NCBI GenBank assembly: GCA_964616045.1
Contig: CAZTTU010000004.1
Location: 1-57,236, forward strand
DNA: 57,236 nucleotides
Direction of reading: 5' to 3'
Origin: an uncultured Verrucomicrobiota bacterium
GTDB lineage: Bacteria; Verrucomicrobiota; Verrucomicrobiia; Limisphaerales; UBA1100
Shown here: piece by piece, positions 27,542 through 36,157 of the stretch
Position numbering within the stretch: position 1 is the first letter of the stretch
Layout of the letters: each line of letters opens with the position of its first letter
Notes under the pieces: generated by a model
What the model was told of the DNA's origin: nothing
Database searches by the model: none
Seen by the model: the letters and a program-made list of their open reading frames with translations, nothing else
Program-made: the position numbers and the translations under genes

Positions 27542-28213
27542 ATGAGACCCCCATTAATTTGTGAACCCACAGTAGCCGACTCCGCAAAACCAATGGCGAA
27601 CAACTTGCCTCATTGGACCCCGGAAAGGCTGATGGCATTTGAAGAGGATATCGCAGAGGAATTTAACGCCTCCAAAATTAAGGCCCCAGTACATCTCTAT
27701 CACGGCAATGAAAGTAAAATAATCGATGTCTTTAAAGAAGTGCAAGCCGGGGACTGGGTGCTGTGTTCTTGGCGTAGTCATTACCAATGTCTGCTAAAGG
27801 GCGTACCCGCCGAGGACGTAAAGGCAGAGATTATGGATGGCCGCTCCATCACACTTAACTTCCCAAAGTACCGTGTGCTGAGCTCAGCGATTGTGACCGG
27901 GGTACTACCCATTGCCGTTGGCCTCGGCCTTGGTATTCAGCGCGATGGCGGCAGCGACCGGGTATGGTGTTTCCTTGGAGACATGACCTCGGAAACCGGC
28001 TCCGCGCACGAGTGCATCAAATATGTGCGCAACCACCAGCTTCCGGTGCATTTTGTAATCGAGGACAACGGTAAAAGTGTATGCACCGACACGCGAGAAA
28101 CGTGGGGCACCGACACGCTCACTTACGAGAACGTGGATGATCCGTATATCACCTACTACCAATACGAAACCAAATATCCGCACGCTGGCGCTGGTCAGCG
28201 CGTTCAATTCTAA
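27542..28213 (+). CDS. short TPP-dependent E1 alpha-like subunit
   Basis: WRSHYQCLLKG (YR.H-like) and GDMTSETGSAHECIKYVRNHQLPVHFVIEDNGKSV (GDG...E..N.A....LPV.F..ENN TPP-binding motif). Only 223 aa. Confidence 0.65.
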   Translation: MRPPLICEPTVADSAKPMANNLPHWTPERLMAFEEDIAEEFNASKIKAPVHLYHGNESKIIDVFKEVQAGDWVLCSWRSHYQCLLKGVPAEDVKAEIMDGRSITLNFPKYRVLSSAIVTGVLPIAVGLGLGIQRDGGSDRVWCFLGDMTSETGSAHECIKYVRNHQLPVHFVIEDNGKSVCTDTRETWGTDTLTYENVDDPYITYYQYETKYPHAGAGQRVQF

Positions 28214-28225
28214 AGGCATGGTTGC

Positions 28226-28771
28226 ATGAAATTGCTGAAATATTTTGATGAGCTAAAGCGCTCGATGGAATACCTGGCCGAGGATCCGAACGCGGTGTTT
28301 CTCGGCCAAGCTGTCGCCTGCCCGGGCACGGCCATGAGCAATACGCTTAAGGAAATTTCCAATGACCGCAAAGTGGAATTGCCCGTGGATGAGGATATGC
28401 AAATGGGCATGACCAACGGCCTCGCCCTGCATGGCAAACTTCCGGTGAGCATTTTCCCGCGTTGGAACTTCCTGCTACTGGCAACCAATCAGCTGGTGAA
28501 TCACCTCGACAAGTTTAGTGACATGTCTGGTGGCGGATATCAACCCAAGGCCATCATCCGTACCAGCATAGGTTCGGAGCGACCGCTGCACCCTGGACAT
28601 CAGCACATTGGCGATTACACCGAGGCGTATCGTCGCATGTTGCACAGCGTCGAGGTCATACGATTGGAGGAACCAGAGGAAGTTTACCCCGCCTATAAAA
28701 AAGCTCACACCCGCAACGACAACAAGAGCACCATTCTAGTGGAATACGGTGATTATTATAATGAAAAATAG
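28226..28771 (+). CDS. short E1 beta/transketolase pyrimidine-binding-like subunit
   Basis: AVFLGQAVACPGTAMSNTLKEI...ELPVDEDMQMGMTNGLALHGKLPVSIFPRWNFLLLATNQLVNHLDK parallels the N-terminal half of E1 beta. 181 aa, with no C-terminal transketolase domain. Confidence 0.6.
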   Translation: MKLLKYFDELKRSMEYLAEDPNAVFLGQAVACPGTAMSNTLKEISNDRKVELPVDEDMQMGMTNGLALHGKLPVSIFPRWNFLLLATNQLVNHLDKFSDMSGGGYQPKAIIRTSIGSERPLHPGHQHIGDYTEAYRRMLHSVEVIRLEEPEEVYPAYKKAHTRNDNKSTILVEYGDYYNEK

Positions 28772-29966
28772 CGCTCACACCATAGATCCGCAGACTGCCA
28801 TCGGCCCGTGGCCGTTAATGCGGAATAACATCACCCGTGAAGATCTTGATTGCCTAGTGGAATTCCTACAACAGGACGATCCCATTCTCACACAGTCGGC
28901 AAATGTGCGTGAACTCGAGTGTGAATGGAGCCATTGGTTAGGGGTAAAACACAGTGTGTTTGTACATTCCGGGTCAGCCGCCAACCTTGTGACCATGGCA
29001 GCACTTCGCCAACTCAAGGGAGGTGGCGAAGTGATTGTACCCACTCTCACGTGGGTGAGCGACATCGCCTCCGTGTTACACTCTGGCATGAAGCCAGTAT
29101 TTGTGGACATCAACCCGCGCACGCTCGGCATGGACATCAGTCAAGTGCTGGATAAAGTGAACGACAACACCAAGGCTGTCTTCCTTACACACGTGCTCGG
29201 TTACAATGGACTCGACCAACGGTTGCTCGATGAATTGAAGCAACTCAACGTTCCTCTAATCGAGGATTGCTGCGAGGCGCACGGTGCGACATATGTCGAC
29301 CAACGTGTGGGCAGCATGGGTTGGGCTTCGAATTTTTCTTTTTATTACGCGCACCATCTCAGCACCGTTGAGGGAGGCATGGTTTGCACGAATGATGATG
29401 AGCTTTATGAGGCCATCCGCATTTACCGTTCGCACGGAATGGTAAGGGAAGCTGCTGAACAGGAAACGAAAGACCGTTATCAGTCCAAGCATCCGGATTT
29501 GAATCCCGATTTCATCTTCGCCTATCCCGCGTACAACGTGCGTGGCACGGAACTCAACGCAGTGATTGGCCGCAATCAACTCAAGCGCTTGGACGACAAC
29601 AACGCCATTCGGACACGCAACTTAAAGCTCTTTTTGGGCGGACTGGATTCGGCGAAGTACCAAACCGATTTTGCCGTGGAGGGCAGTAGCAATTACGCCT
29701 TTACGCTCATTCTGCGCAGCCCGGATGACACATTACGCGATCGGGTGGAGCACACTTTGCGCGGGTTAAATGTGGAATTTCGCCGTGGAACGGCCGGAGG
29801 TGGCAATCAGCTTCGACAGCCTTATGCCCGAGAGCGGTTTGGGGATGAATATCAGAACTATCCCTTCACCAACCACGTACACTTTTACGGTTGGTATATC
29901 GGGAATTATCCCGACCTCGAACCCGAGCGCATCATCGCACTGACTGAACTGCTAAACACAATATAA
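28749..29966 (+). CDS. DegT/DnrJ/EryC1-family enzyme with Lys->His active site: ColD/E1-type PMP-dependent nucleotide-sugar 3-dehydratase
   Basis: SGSAANLVTMAAL and NFSFYYAHHLSTVEGGMVCTND. The Schiff-base Lys position of aminotransferases (SF...K....GEGG) is His (codons 29352-29357). There is no C-terminal Cys cluster. It overlaps the previous gene by 23 nt. Confidence 0.7.
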   Translation: MIIIMKNSAHTIDPQTAIGPWPLMRNNITREDLDCLVEFLQQDDPILTQSANVRELECEWSHWLGVKHSVFVHSGSAANLVTMAALRQLKGGGEVIVPTLTWVSDIASVLHSGMKPVFVDINPRTLGMDISQVLDKVNDNTKAVFLTHVLGYNGLDQRLLDELKQLNVPLIEDCCEAHGATYVDQRVGSMGWASNFSFYYAHHLSTVEGGMVCTNDDELYEAIRIYRSHGMVREAAEQETKDRYQSKHPDLNPDFIFAYPAYNVRGTELNAVIGRNQLKRLDDNNAIRTRNLKLFLGGLDSAKYQTDFAVEGSSNYAFTLILRSPDDTLRDRVEHTLRGLNVEFRRGTAGGGNQLRQPYARERFGDEYQNYPFTNHVHFYGWYIGNYPDLEPERIIALTELLNTI

Positions 29967-29968
29967 CG

Positions 29969-31528
29969 ATGATTAAACCTTTGAACAAGCAACTCGACGT
30001 GCTGTTTGTCTCGCCTGATTCCTCGACGAAGGCGTATCAGGAATTGGCCAAGAAATACGCAGCCATCGAAACGCCCACGTGGGCGCTTCTACTCGCACAG
30101 GCTTGCCGGAGTAATGGATTTGAATCAGCCATTCTGGATACCGGGGCAGAAAGATTAACTTTAGAACAATCCGTACGACGAATTGATGAAGCCAACCCTC
30201 GATTGGTGTGCCTAACGGTGTATGGTCAGAACCCGAATTCCGGCACCACTAATATGATTGGTGCCATCGCTTTATCCAGAGCACTCAAGGAATCTTATCC
30301 CGAATATAAAATCGCTATCGTAGGGTCCCATGTTAGCGCCCTGCCCCATGAAGTACTGGGGGAGGATTCCATTGATTATGTGCTACTCAATGAGGGCGTG
30401 TATGCGATTCAGAATCTCTTGCGAAGCAATCTGGATGACGAAATAAAAAAAGTAAACGGCATTGGCCACAAATTAAACGGTCAGCCATGGCTAAATCCGC
30501 CTGAGAATGTAGTGCCTCAGGAGCGCATGGATATAGATCTACCCGGGTACGCCTGGGATTTGCTGCCATATGATAAACGACCGTTGGACCTATATCGGGC
30601 GCACTTCTGGCATGCGGAATTCGACCATGCCAAGCGGACACCGTTTGCAGCCATTTACACGTCACTGGGTTGTCGATTTGCCTGCAATTTTTGTATGATC
30701 AATATCGTCAACCGTGATGATAATGAGGATCACATCAACTCCTCACATTCACGTAAAATGCGGTTCTGGTCGCCAAACTTTATTACCAAGGAATTTGAGA
30801 AACTCTCCGATCTCGGCGTTGAAACATTACGCATTTCAGACGAGATGTTCTTCTTGGATAAACGCTATTTTAACCCGTTGTTGAACAATCTCATTGATCG
30901 GAATCTGCCCCTACGCATGTGGGCGTACTCGCGCATCGATACCGTACGGCCAAAGTATCTCGATCTCTTTAAGCGGGCAGGGATCAACTGGCTTGCACTA
31001 GGAGTAGAAGCAGGCAACCAGAAAGTGCGCCGTGAAGTGTCAAAGGGCTCATTCAAGGATATCAATATTCGTGAAGTCACACGCGAAATCCGTGAAGCCG
31101 ACCTGAATATCATTTCGAATTACATCTATGGGTTTCCAGATGACACCCATGAAACTATGCAACAGACACTAGACCTAGCGTTGGAACTCAATACCGAGAT
31201 GGCCAACATGTACCCGTGCCAAGCACTCCCGGGTAGTCCACTGCATCATGAGGCCAGACAAAAAGGATGGTCACTACCCGATAGCTATGAAGGTTATGCC
31301 TTTTTATCCTACGAAAGTCAGCCGCTGCCCACCAAACATCTAAGCGCTGCCGAAGTAATGCGCTTCCGTGACGAAGCGTGGCAGACTTATTTCACCAATC
31401 CCAATTACCTTGACCTTGTTGAAAATAATTTTGGACGAGCCCAGAGATTAAACGTGGAAGATATGAGCAGTGTTCCAATTTCCCGAAAACTGCTGGAGAA
31501 AAAAAACCCGGAGACCTGTTTAACTTGA
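29969..31528 (+). CDS. B12-binding-domain radical SAM enzyme (class B-like)
   Basis: An N-terminal B12-binding-like region (LDVLFVSPDSS...LTVYGQNPNSG), then YTSLGCRFACNFCMI (canonical CX3CX2C at ~30670-30695). 519 aa. Confidence 0.75.
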   Translation: MIKPLNKQLDVLFVSPDSSTKAYQELAKKYAAIETPTWALLLAQACRSNGFESAILDTGAERLTLEQSVRRIDEANPRLVCLTVYGQNPNSGTTNMIGAIALSRALKESYPEYKIAIVGSHVSALPHEVLGEDSIDYVLLNEGVYAIQNLLRSNLDDEIKKVNGIGHKLNGQPWLNPPENVVPQERMDIDLPGYAWDLLPYDKRPLDLYRAHFWHAEFDHAKRTPFAAIYTSLGCRFACNFCMINIVNRDDNEDHINSSHSRKMRFWSPNFITKEFEKLSDLGVETLRISDEMFFLDKRYFNPLLNNLIDRNLPLRMWAYSRIDTVRPKYLDLFKRAGINWLALGVEAGNQKVRREVSKGSFKDINIREVTREIREADLNIISNYIYGFPDDTHETMQQTLDLALELNTEMANMYPCQALPGSPLHHEARQKGWSLPDSYEGYAFLSYESQPLPTKHLSAAEVMRFRDEAWQTYFTNPNYLDLVENNFGRAQRLNVEDMSSVPISRKLLEKKNPETCLT

Positions 31529-31572
31529 TGGCTATGAGCAAAACCCAACATGGACCCTGAACAGCGAGATAA

Positions 31573-34500
31573 TTGATTATGAGCACAAGCAACACTCACA
31601 CATTAGTTGATCCGAAAAAATGGAAGAAACATCTCTTTGGTTTTCCAAGGGATCGATGGATCTCATTCGAAGGACAAAGTTATTGGGTCACCGGTGCGGG
31701 AACAGGCTATGGTCGCTCCATGGCTGTAGCCCTAGCTGCTGCTGGAGCGCGAGTATTCATTACGGGACGCCGACCCGAAAAATTACAGGATACCATTAAA
31801 ACAATAAACTCCCTGGGGATTCCAACCGACAAGTGCCACACGATCGTGGCGGATATTACGAATGGGGAACAGATACAGCAGGCATGTCAGGAGATTGAAA
31901 GTCTCTGCCCAAGTTTAGACGGTATCATTAACAATGCTGCTTTGCCCAATCGCCCGGGGAGCACGAGTCCTTTACAGAATGATCCCATGGACTACTGGAA
32001 AAAGCTCGTTGCAACGAATGTTTCCGGAGCTTGGAATCTAACCCGCACCATTTTCAAACACCTGCTTAAAAGTGGCCGCCCGAGGGTGCTTTTCATCGGA
32101 TCAGGCGCAGGCTGGGCTGCCACTCCAGGCGTAGGCCCTTACAATATCTCTAAAGCCGCGCAAAACGCCTTGAGCCACAGCATGGCACAGGAATATTCGC
32201 ATGATTTTCCATATGAGGATATCCAAATCAACACCTTGGTGGCCGGGGAAGCCCATACAGAAATGAATCAAGGATCAGATGTGAGTCCTTACGTAATTGT
32301 CCGCATGGCCCTATTGCTACTCTCTCAGGAAAAAAACGGTCCCAACGGTTGCTTTTTCTCTGCGGAGGGGGACCACCTGAGTTTTGGCGAAACTGAGCCA
32401 TTCTCAAGACCGTTGATGGAAGTAAACGAGCAGTTCAAAGATCAGGCAACCTCGCGACCTGAAGCGCAACAACCCAAGCAAGCCTGCCTGCATCAATTTC
32501 TCGCTTATGATGAGGGTCCAGAAGACATCAAATATCTCGCTGCGTTTGCCCGCTGCTTTCCAGAACTACATCGCCATCTTTCCTCTAGCACTAACAGCAA
32601 ATTAGCCTTTTACGGTGCCGGCAAACTCACAAAATACTTTTTGGATCGGCATCCAGAAACAGTTAGCTTGGTGGAATGCATAATTGATGACGACCCTGCA
32701 AAGCAAAAAAAACAAATCCACGGAATTCCAATCATCAGCTTGGAAGATTTGCCGGAAAGCGTGGAAAATGTATTTCTTGCCAGCTCAAGGGCAGAGGGCA
32801 TGTTTGCAATGCAAAAAGCACTAGATCGAAGGCGTGAAAAAACGAATTACTTTGATTTTTCCGTGGCAGGGCAATTGATCCCAGGGGTCATTCCGGTTAG
32901 AGCATGGCGCAATTACGAGAATAACATATATCCAATCGAAATCCCCAAGGTGGAGTTTGAAAAGAACAAGGATATGTTGCTGCTCGAAATGCCACCACGA
33001 TATATGCCCTTCATGCCTTATGGAATCGGATGCGTTCACAACATTCTTAAAGGAACCGGGCTCAACTTCCAGACCATGGACCTGAATATCATTTGGTACC
33101 ACCGCTATCATATGGCTAGGCTACTAGATGGAGTTGAGAATGCCGCCTGGCTCAAAGGTGACCAATTGGATCCTTGGGATTCAACTGTAGCTGAAACTTG
33201 GGACAATTCTGAAATCCCCACCGAATACCAAATCAATGAAGATGAAGCTCCGAAGAGTAGAAATCTCGCGATTGAGTATTTCAGGGATCAAGTTGATGAG
33301 GTGATTGATGAAATAGTGAAAGCCAAGCCAAGGATGCTTGGTTTTTCCTTAAATCTGAACAACACCTGCATGGTGCACGAAGTGATCAAGGGAGTGAAAA
33401 AGCGCCTTCCTGATGTACTGATACTTGTAGGAGGATACGCCTTCTACAGTCACCAATTATCATTGGCTAGAAGCTCGGATCTTTACGACTACGTGATAGT
33501 CGGAGAGGCAGAATATAGCCTGCCTCCGTTGATCAAGAAACTTAAAGAGAGCTTCAAAACAGGAGATTATCCCAAGGATTTGCCGGGAATTCTTTCAAAG
33601 TTTGATACACCGGATCGGAAGTTTGGCAAAATGCCTAACGTGTCGGATCTCAGCAACCAACCCTTTCCTCGATACGAATGGTTGCCATACAAATTTTATG
33701 CGACCTATGACAACAACCACACTGTGCCCACCTGCACCAGTCGGGGTTGCTCCTGGAGTCGATGCAAATTTTGCTGTGAAACGGCCAAATACTATTATCG
33801 TGACCCTGTAGAATTTGTGGATGAACTGGAATGGCACGTAAATCAAGGAGCTTTCACGTTTAATCTCTTTGAAAGCGACATCAACGGAAACCACGAAAAT
33901 CTTCAGAAAATAATGAAGGAAATTGTCAAGCGAGGATTGAAGGTAAATCTGTATGGACAATTCCGCATTGACCGACGCAACACCCCTGAATTTTTCCGGG
34001 ATCTAAAGGCTGCTGGTTTTAGCATGGTGCGCTTCGGCGTAGACGGATGGTGCGACAACGTTCTGAAGAATCAGTTAAAGAGTGCCAACATGAAGATCAC
34101 TGAGCGAAACCTGAAAGATGCCACCGAGGCTGGTCTACTCTGTAATGTTAACATGGTTTTGGGTGTGCCCGGCGAAACTGAGGAAGACATAGAGGAGAGC
34201 TATCAAAATATTGTACGTTTGAAACCCTACATCAATATGTTTGAAACCCTTAACATGCTGCGAGTCGCCGCGGGAAGCCAATACTATGAAGATCCGGATA
34301 AATATAAAATCCGATTTCGAGGGGATCGCGATGAAATTTATCGTAAGAACAAGACTATGCTACCGGAGAATCTCTGGTATAGTGAAGATCCCTATATCGA
34401 TGATGCTGTACGCGTACAACGATTCCGAAAAATTGTCCGTGGTTGCCACGAAGGAGGGGTGACACTTGGCGATTACATCAAGTGGTCGGTCGTTCAGGAA

Positions 34501-35256
34501 GTCAACCGAATAGAAGGAGGAGACGAAACGGACTTTGAGAAGGTAATCTATGCAGAACCTGCCAATAGCCAAAGTAGTGAGCATGTCGCAGCACCCTCCA
34601 CTATCAATAATTTTGGACTGCAGGGAGAAGAACTGGAAGCCACTGCCGAGGAATCCTCAACCCCAGTTGAGCAAGCCAACCCAGAGACAGAATCGGCGGA
34701 GGTATTCAAACAAGAAACCGGAAAAAATTCGTCATGCGGAAAGAATGATTGCTGCCAAGATGAGCCTGAAAAACATGAATTAAATGAGAGCATCATTACT
34801 GATGAAAACCAAACCAAATGCGAGGTCGAATTGGAAGTAATGGCCCAACGCGAGAATGGCATATGGTACGCTAACGGTGATAAGGATGCCTTCTCGGGCA
34901 AGGCACTTAGTTACTATGCTCCCAACCGCAAACAGACAGAATTTAATTTCAAGGACGGCGTCATGGACGGGCCACACCTAACTTGGCACAAAAATGGGGC
35001 AACTGAAATTCAAACCACTTATATCAATGGAGTAGAAAATGGCTGCCATACGGAGTGGTATGAGAACAATCAGATAAAGTGGGAGTCAATTTATGAAGAT
35101 GGGCAAATTGTTTCACTAAAGGGATGGAGTGAGAATGGTGAGCGCAAAGACCTGCAGGATTGGACTCTTGATGGTAAACCCAAGCCAACACGCGCTTTGG
35201 CTAACAAGAACACAGGTACGCTCGAACTATTAAGCCACACAGAAACCTCTAATTAA
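31573..35256 (+). CDS. 1,227-aa fusion: SDR oxidoreductase + Rossmann-like domain + B12-type radical SAM domain + acidic Cys-containing linker + MORN/YwqK-like repeats
   Basis: SDR: VTGAGTGYGRSMA...NNAAL...YNISKAA (31680-32370). Rossmann-like: KLAFYGAGKLTKYF...IIDDDPAKQ (32598-32860). rSAM: RGCSWSRCKFCCE (33748-33777), with B12-like VLILVGGY upstream. Linker: SSCGKNDCCQDE. MORN-like: GIWYANGDKDAFSGKALSYYAPNRKQTEFNFKDGVMDGPHLTWHKNGATEIQTTYINGVENGCHTEWYENNQIKWESIYEDGQI (34855-35150). Confidence 0.75.
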   Translation: MIMSTSNTHTLVDPKKWKKHLFGFPRDRWISFEGQSYWVTGAGTGYGRSMAVALAAAGARVFITGRRPEKLQDTIKTINSLGIPTDKCHTIVADITNGEQIQQACQEIESLCPSLDGIINNAALPNRPGSTSPLQNDPMDYWKKLVATNVSGAWNLTRTIFKHLLKSGRPRVLFIGSGAGWAATPGVGPYNISKAAQNALSHSMAQEYSHDFPYEDIQINTLVAGEAHTEMNQGSDVSPYVIVRMALLLLSQEKNGPNGCFFSAEGDHLSFGETEPFSRPLMEVNEQFKDQATSRPEAQQPKQACLHQFLAYDEGPEDIKYLAAFARCFPELHRHLSSSTNSKLAFYGAGKLTKYFLDRHPETVSLVECIIDDDPAKQKKQIHGIPIISLEDLPESVENVFLASSRAEGMFAMQKALDRRREKTNYFDFSVAGQLIPGVIPVRAWRNYENNIYPIEIPKVEFEKNKDMLLLEMPPRYMPFMPYGIGCVHNILKGTGLNFQTMDLNIIWYHRYHMARLLDGVENAAWLKGDQLDPWDSTVAETWDNSEIPTEYQINEDEAPKSRNLAIEYFRDQVDEVIDEIVKAKPRMLGFSLNLNNTCMVHEVIKGVKKRLPDVLILVGGYAFYSHQLSLARSSDLYDYVIVGEAEYSLPPLIKKLKESFKTGDYPKDLPGILSKFDTPDRKFGKMPNVSDLSNQPFPRYEWLPYKFYATYDNNHTVPTCTSRGCSWSRCKFCCETAKYYYRDPVEFVDELEWHVNQGAFTFNLFESDINGNHENLQKIMKEIVKRGLKVNLYGQFRIDRRNTPEFFRDLKAAGFSMVRFGVDGWCDNVLKNQLKSANMKITERNLKDATEAGLLCNVNMVLGVPGETEEDIEESYQNIVRLKPYINMFETLNMLRVAAGSQYYEDPDKYKIRFRGDRDEIYRKNKTMLPENLWYSEDPYIDDAVRVQRFRKIVRGCHEGGVTLGDYIKWSVVQEVNRIEGGDETDFEKVIYAEPANSQSSEHVAAPSTINNFGLQGEELEATAEESSTPVEQANPETESAEVFKQETGKNSSCGKNDCCQDEPEKHELNESIITDENQTKCEVELEVMAQRENGIWYANGDKDAFSGKALSYYAPNRKQTEFNFKDGVMDGPHLTWHKNGATEIQTTYINGVENGCHTEWYENNQIKWESIYEDGQIVSLKGWSENGERKDLQDWTLDGKPKPTRALANKNTGTLELLSHTETSN

Positions 35257-35317
35257 TCTACTGCCTCATGATCTTCGTCCGATTAAAAGCATTTCAATGC
35301 AATATCTTTTTTGCTGA

Positions 35318-36019
35318 ATGAGCCGCAAACTCGTCAACGGTGAATTGAAATTCGATACGGTTGCCCGGCGTCTCGATGACTGGGTGGATCATCATCCTTG
35401 GGCCCGTGGCGGCTGGGTGCCCGCGGATCAGGAATGGCATGAGTTTATGGCCAGCCATCGCTATCGCCCGAAGGACAATGACGGCGTGACGCCAATTCAG
35501 CAGGTGCGGTCAGAGATTATTGGCTTGGTCGAGGTGTTGCTGGATTCGGTCCCGCGCAGGACCGCGGTCGAGATCGGCATGGGAACTTGCGGTGGATCAC
35601 ATTTTCTTTGGTCGTTGATGTTCGATCGGGTCATCACCATTGACGCCGATCGCAAACCCATCGAGCGGTTCATCGACGAGCATTCGCCGCACGACGATCA
35701 AAGCACATTCATTTTTGGCAAATCCTATGATTCGGAAATTGTCAATGAAGCCGGGCGCATTATCCGGAGCTGCAATTTTTTGCTGATTGATGGTGACCAC
35801 ACGCGCGACGCTGTGGAGGCAGATTGGCGGATGTATTCCCACTTGGTTGAACCTGGGGGCATCATCGCCTTCCATGACACCCTGATGGAAGTGCCCGGCG
35901 AACTGGAAGTGGCCAGTTTCGTAAATGACCTCGAAACAGGCAATTTAACCGGCACACCTCTCCCCATCCAGCACATCCGATATTCCAAATTTGTCGGCAT
36001 TTCTTATTATCAAGTTTGA
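35318..36019 (+). CDS. class I SAM-dependent methyltransferase (CmcI/cephalosporin-hydroxylase-like family)
   Basis: AVEIGMGTCGGSHFLWS (SAM motif I-like) ... VITIDAD ... LLIDGDHTRDAVEADWRMYSHLVEPGGIIAFHD. 233 aa. Confidence 0.65.
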   Translation: MSRKLVNGELKFDTVARRLDDWVDHHPWARGGWVPADQEWHEFMASHRYRPKDNDGVTPIQQVRSEIIGLVEVLLDSVPRRTAVEIGMGTCGGSHFLWSLMFDRVITIDADRKPIERFIDEHSPHDDQSTFIFGKSYDSEIVNEAGRIIRSCNFLLIDGDHTRDAVEADWRMYSHLVEPGGIIAFHDTLMEVPGELEVASFVNDLETGNLTGTPLPIQHIRYSKFVGISYYQV

Positions 36020-36128
36020 AAACCAGCCAAAAATAGCTTAATTCAGCTTTTTTTGTAAAAACACGAGGTTTTCTGAGTTGATCAACATTCTTCAAAAAAC
36101 CACTTTTCAGCATTTTCCCCCGAAAAGT

Positions 36129-36144
36129 TGGCCCAATAGTTGCT
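36129..36144 (+). promoter_or_regulatory. sigma54-type promoter candidate upstream of the giant TPR-glycosyltransferase gene
   Basis: TGGCCC-AATAG-TTGCT (GG/GC spacing canonical, perfect TTGCT -12 element) at the end of the 120-nt gap after the methyltransferase. It overlaps the TTG start at 36140 given in the ORF track. Confidence 0.4.
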
Positions 36145-36157
36145 TTGTTTGGAGGAC

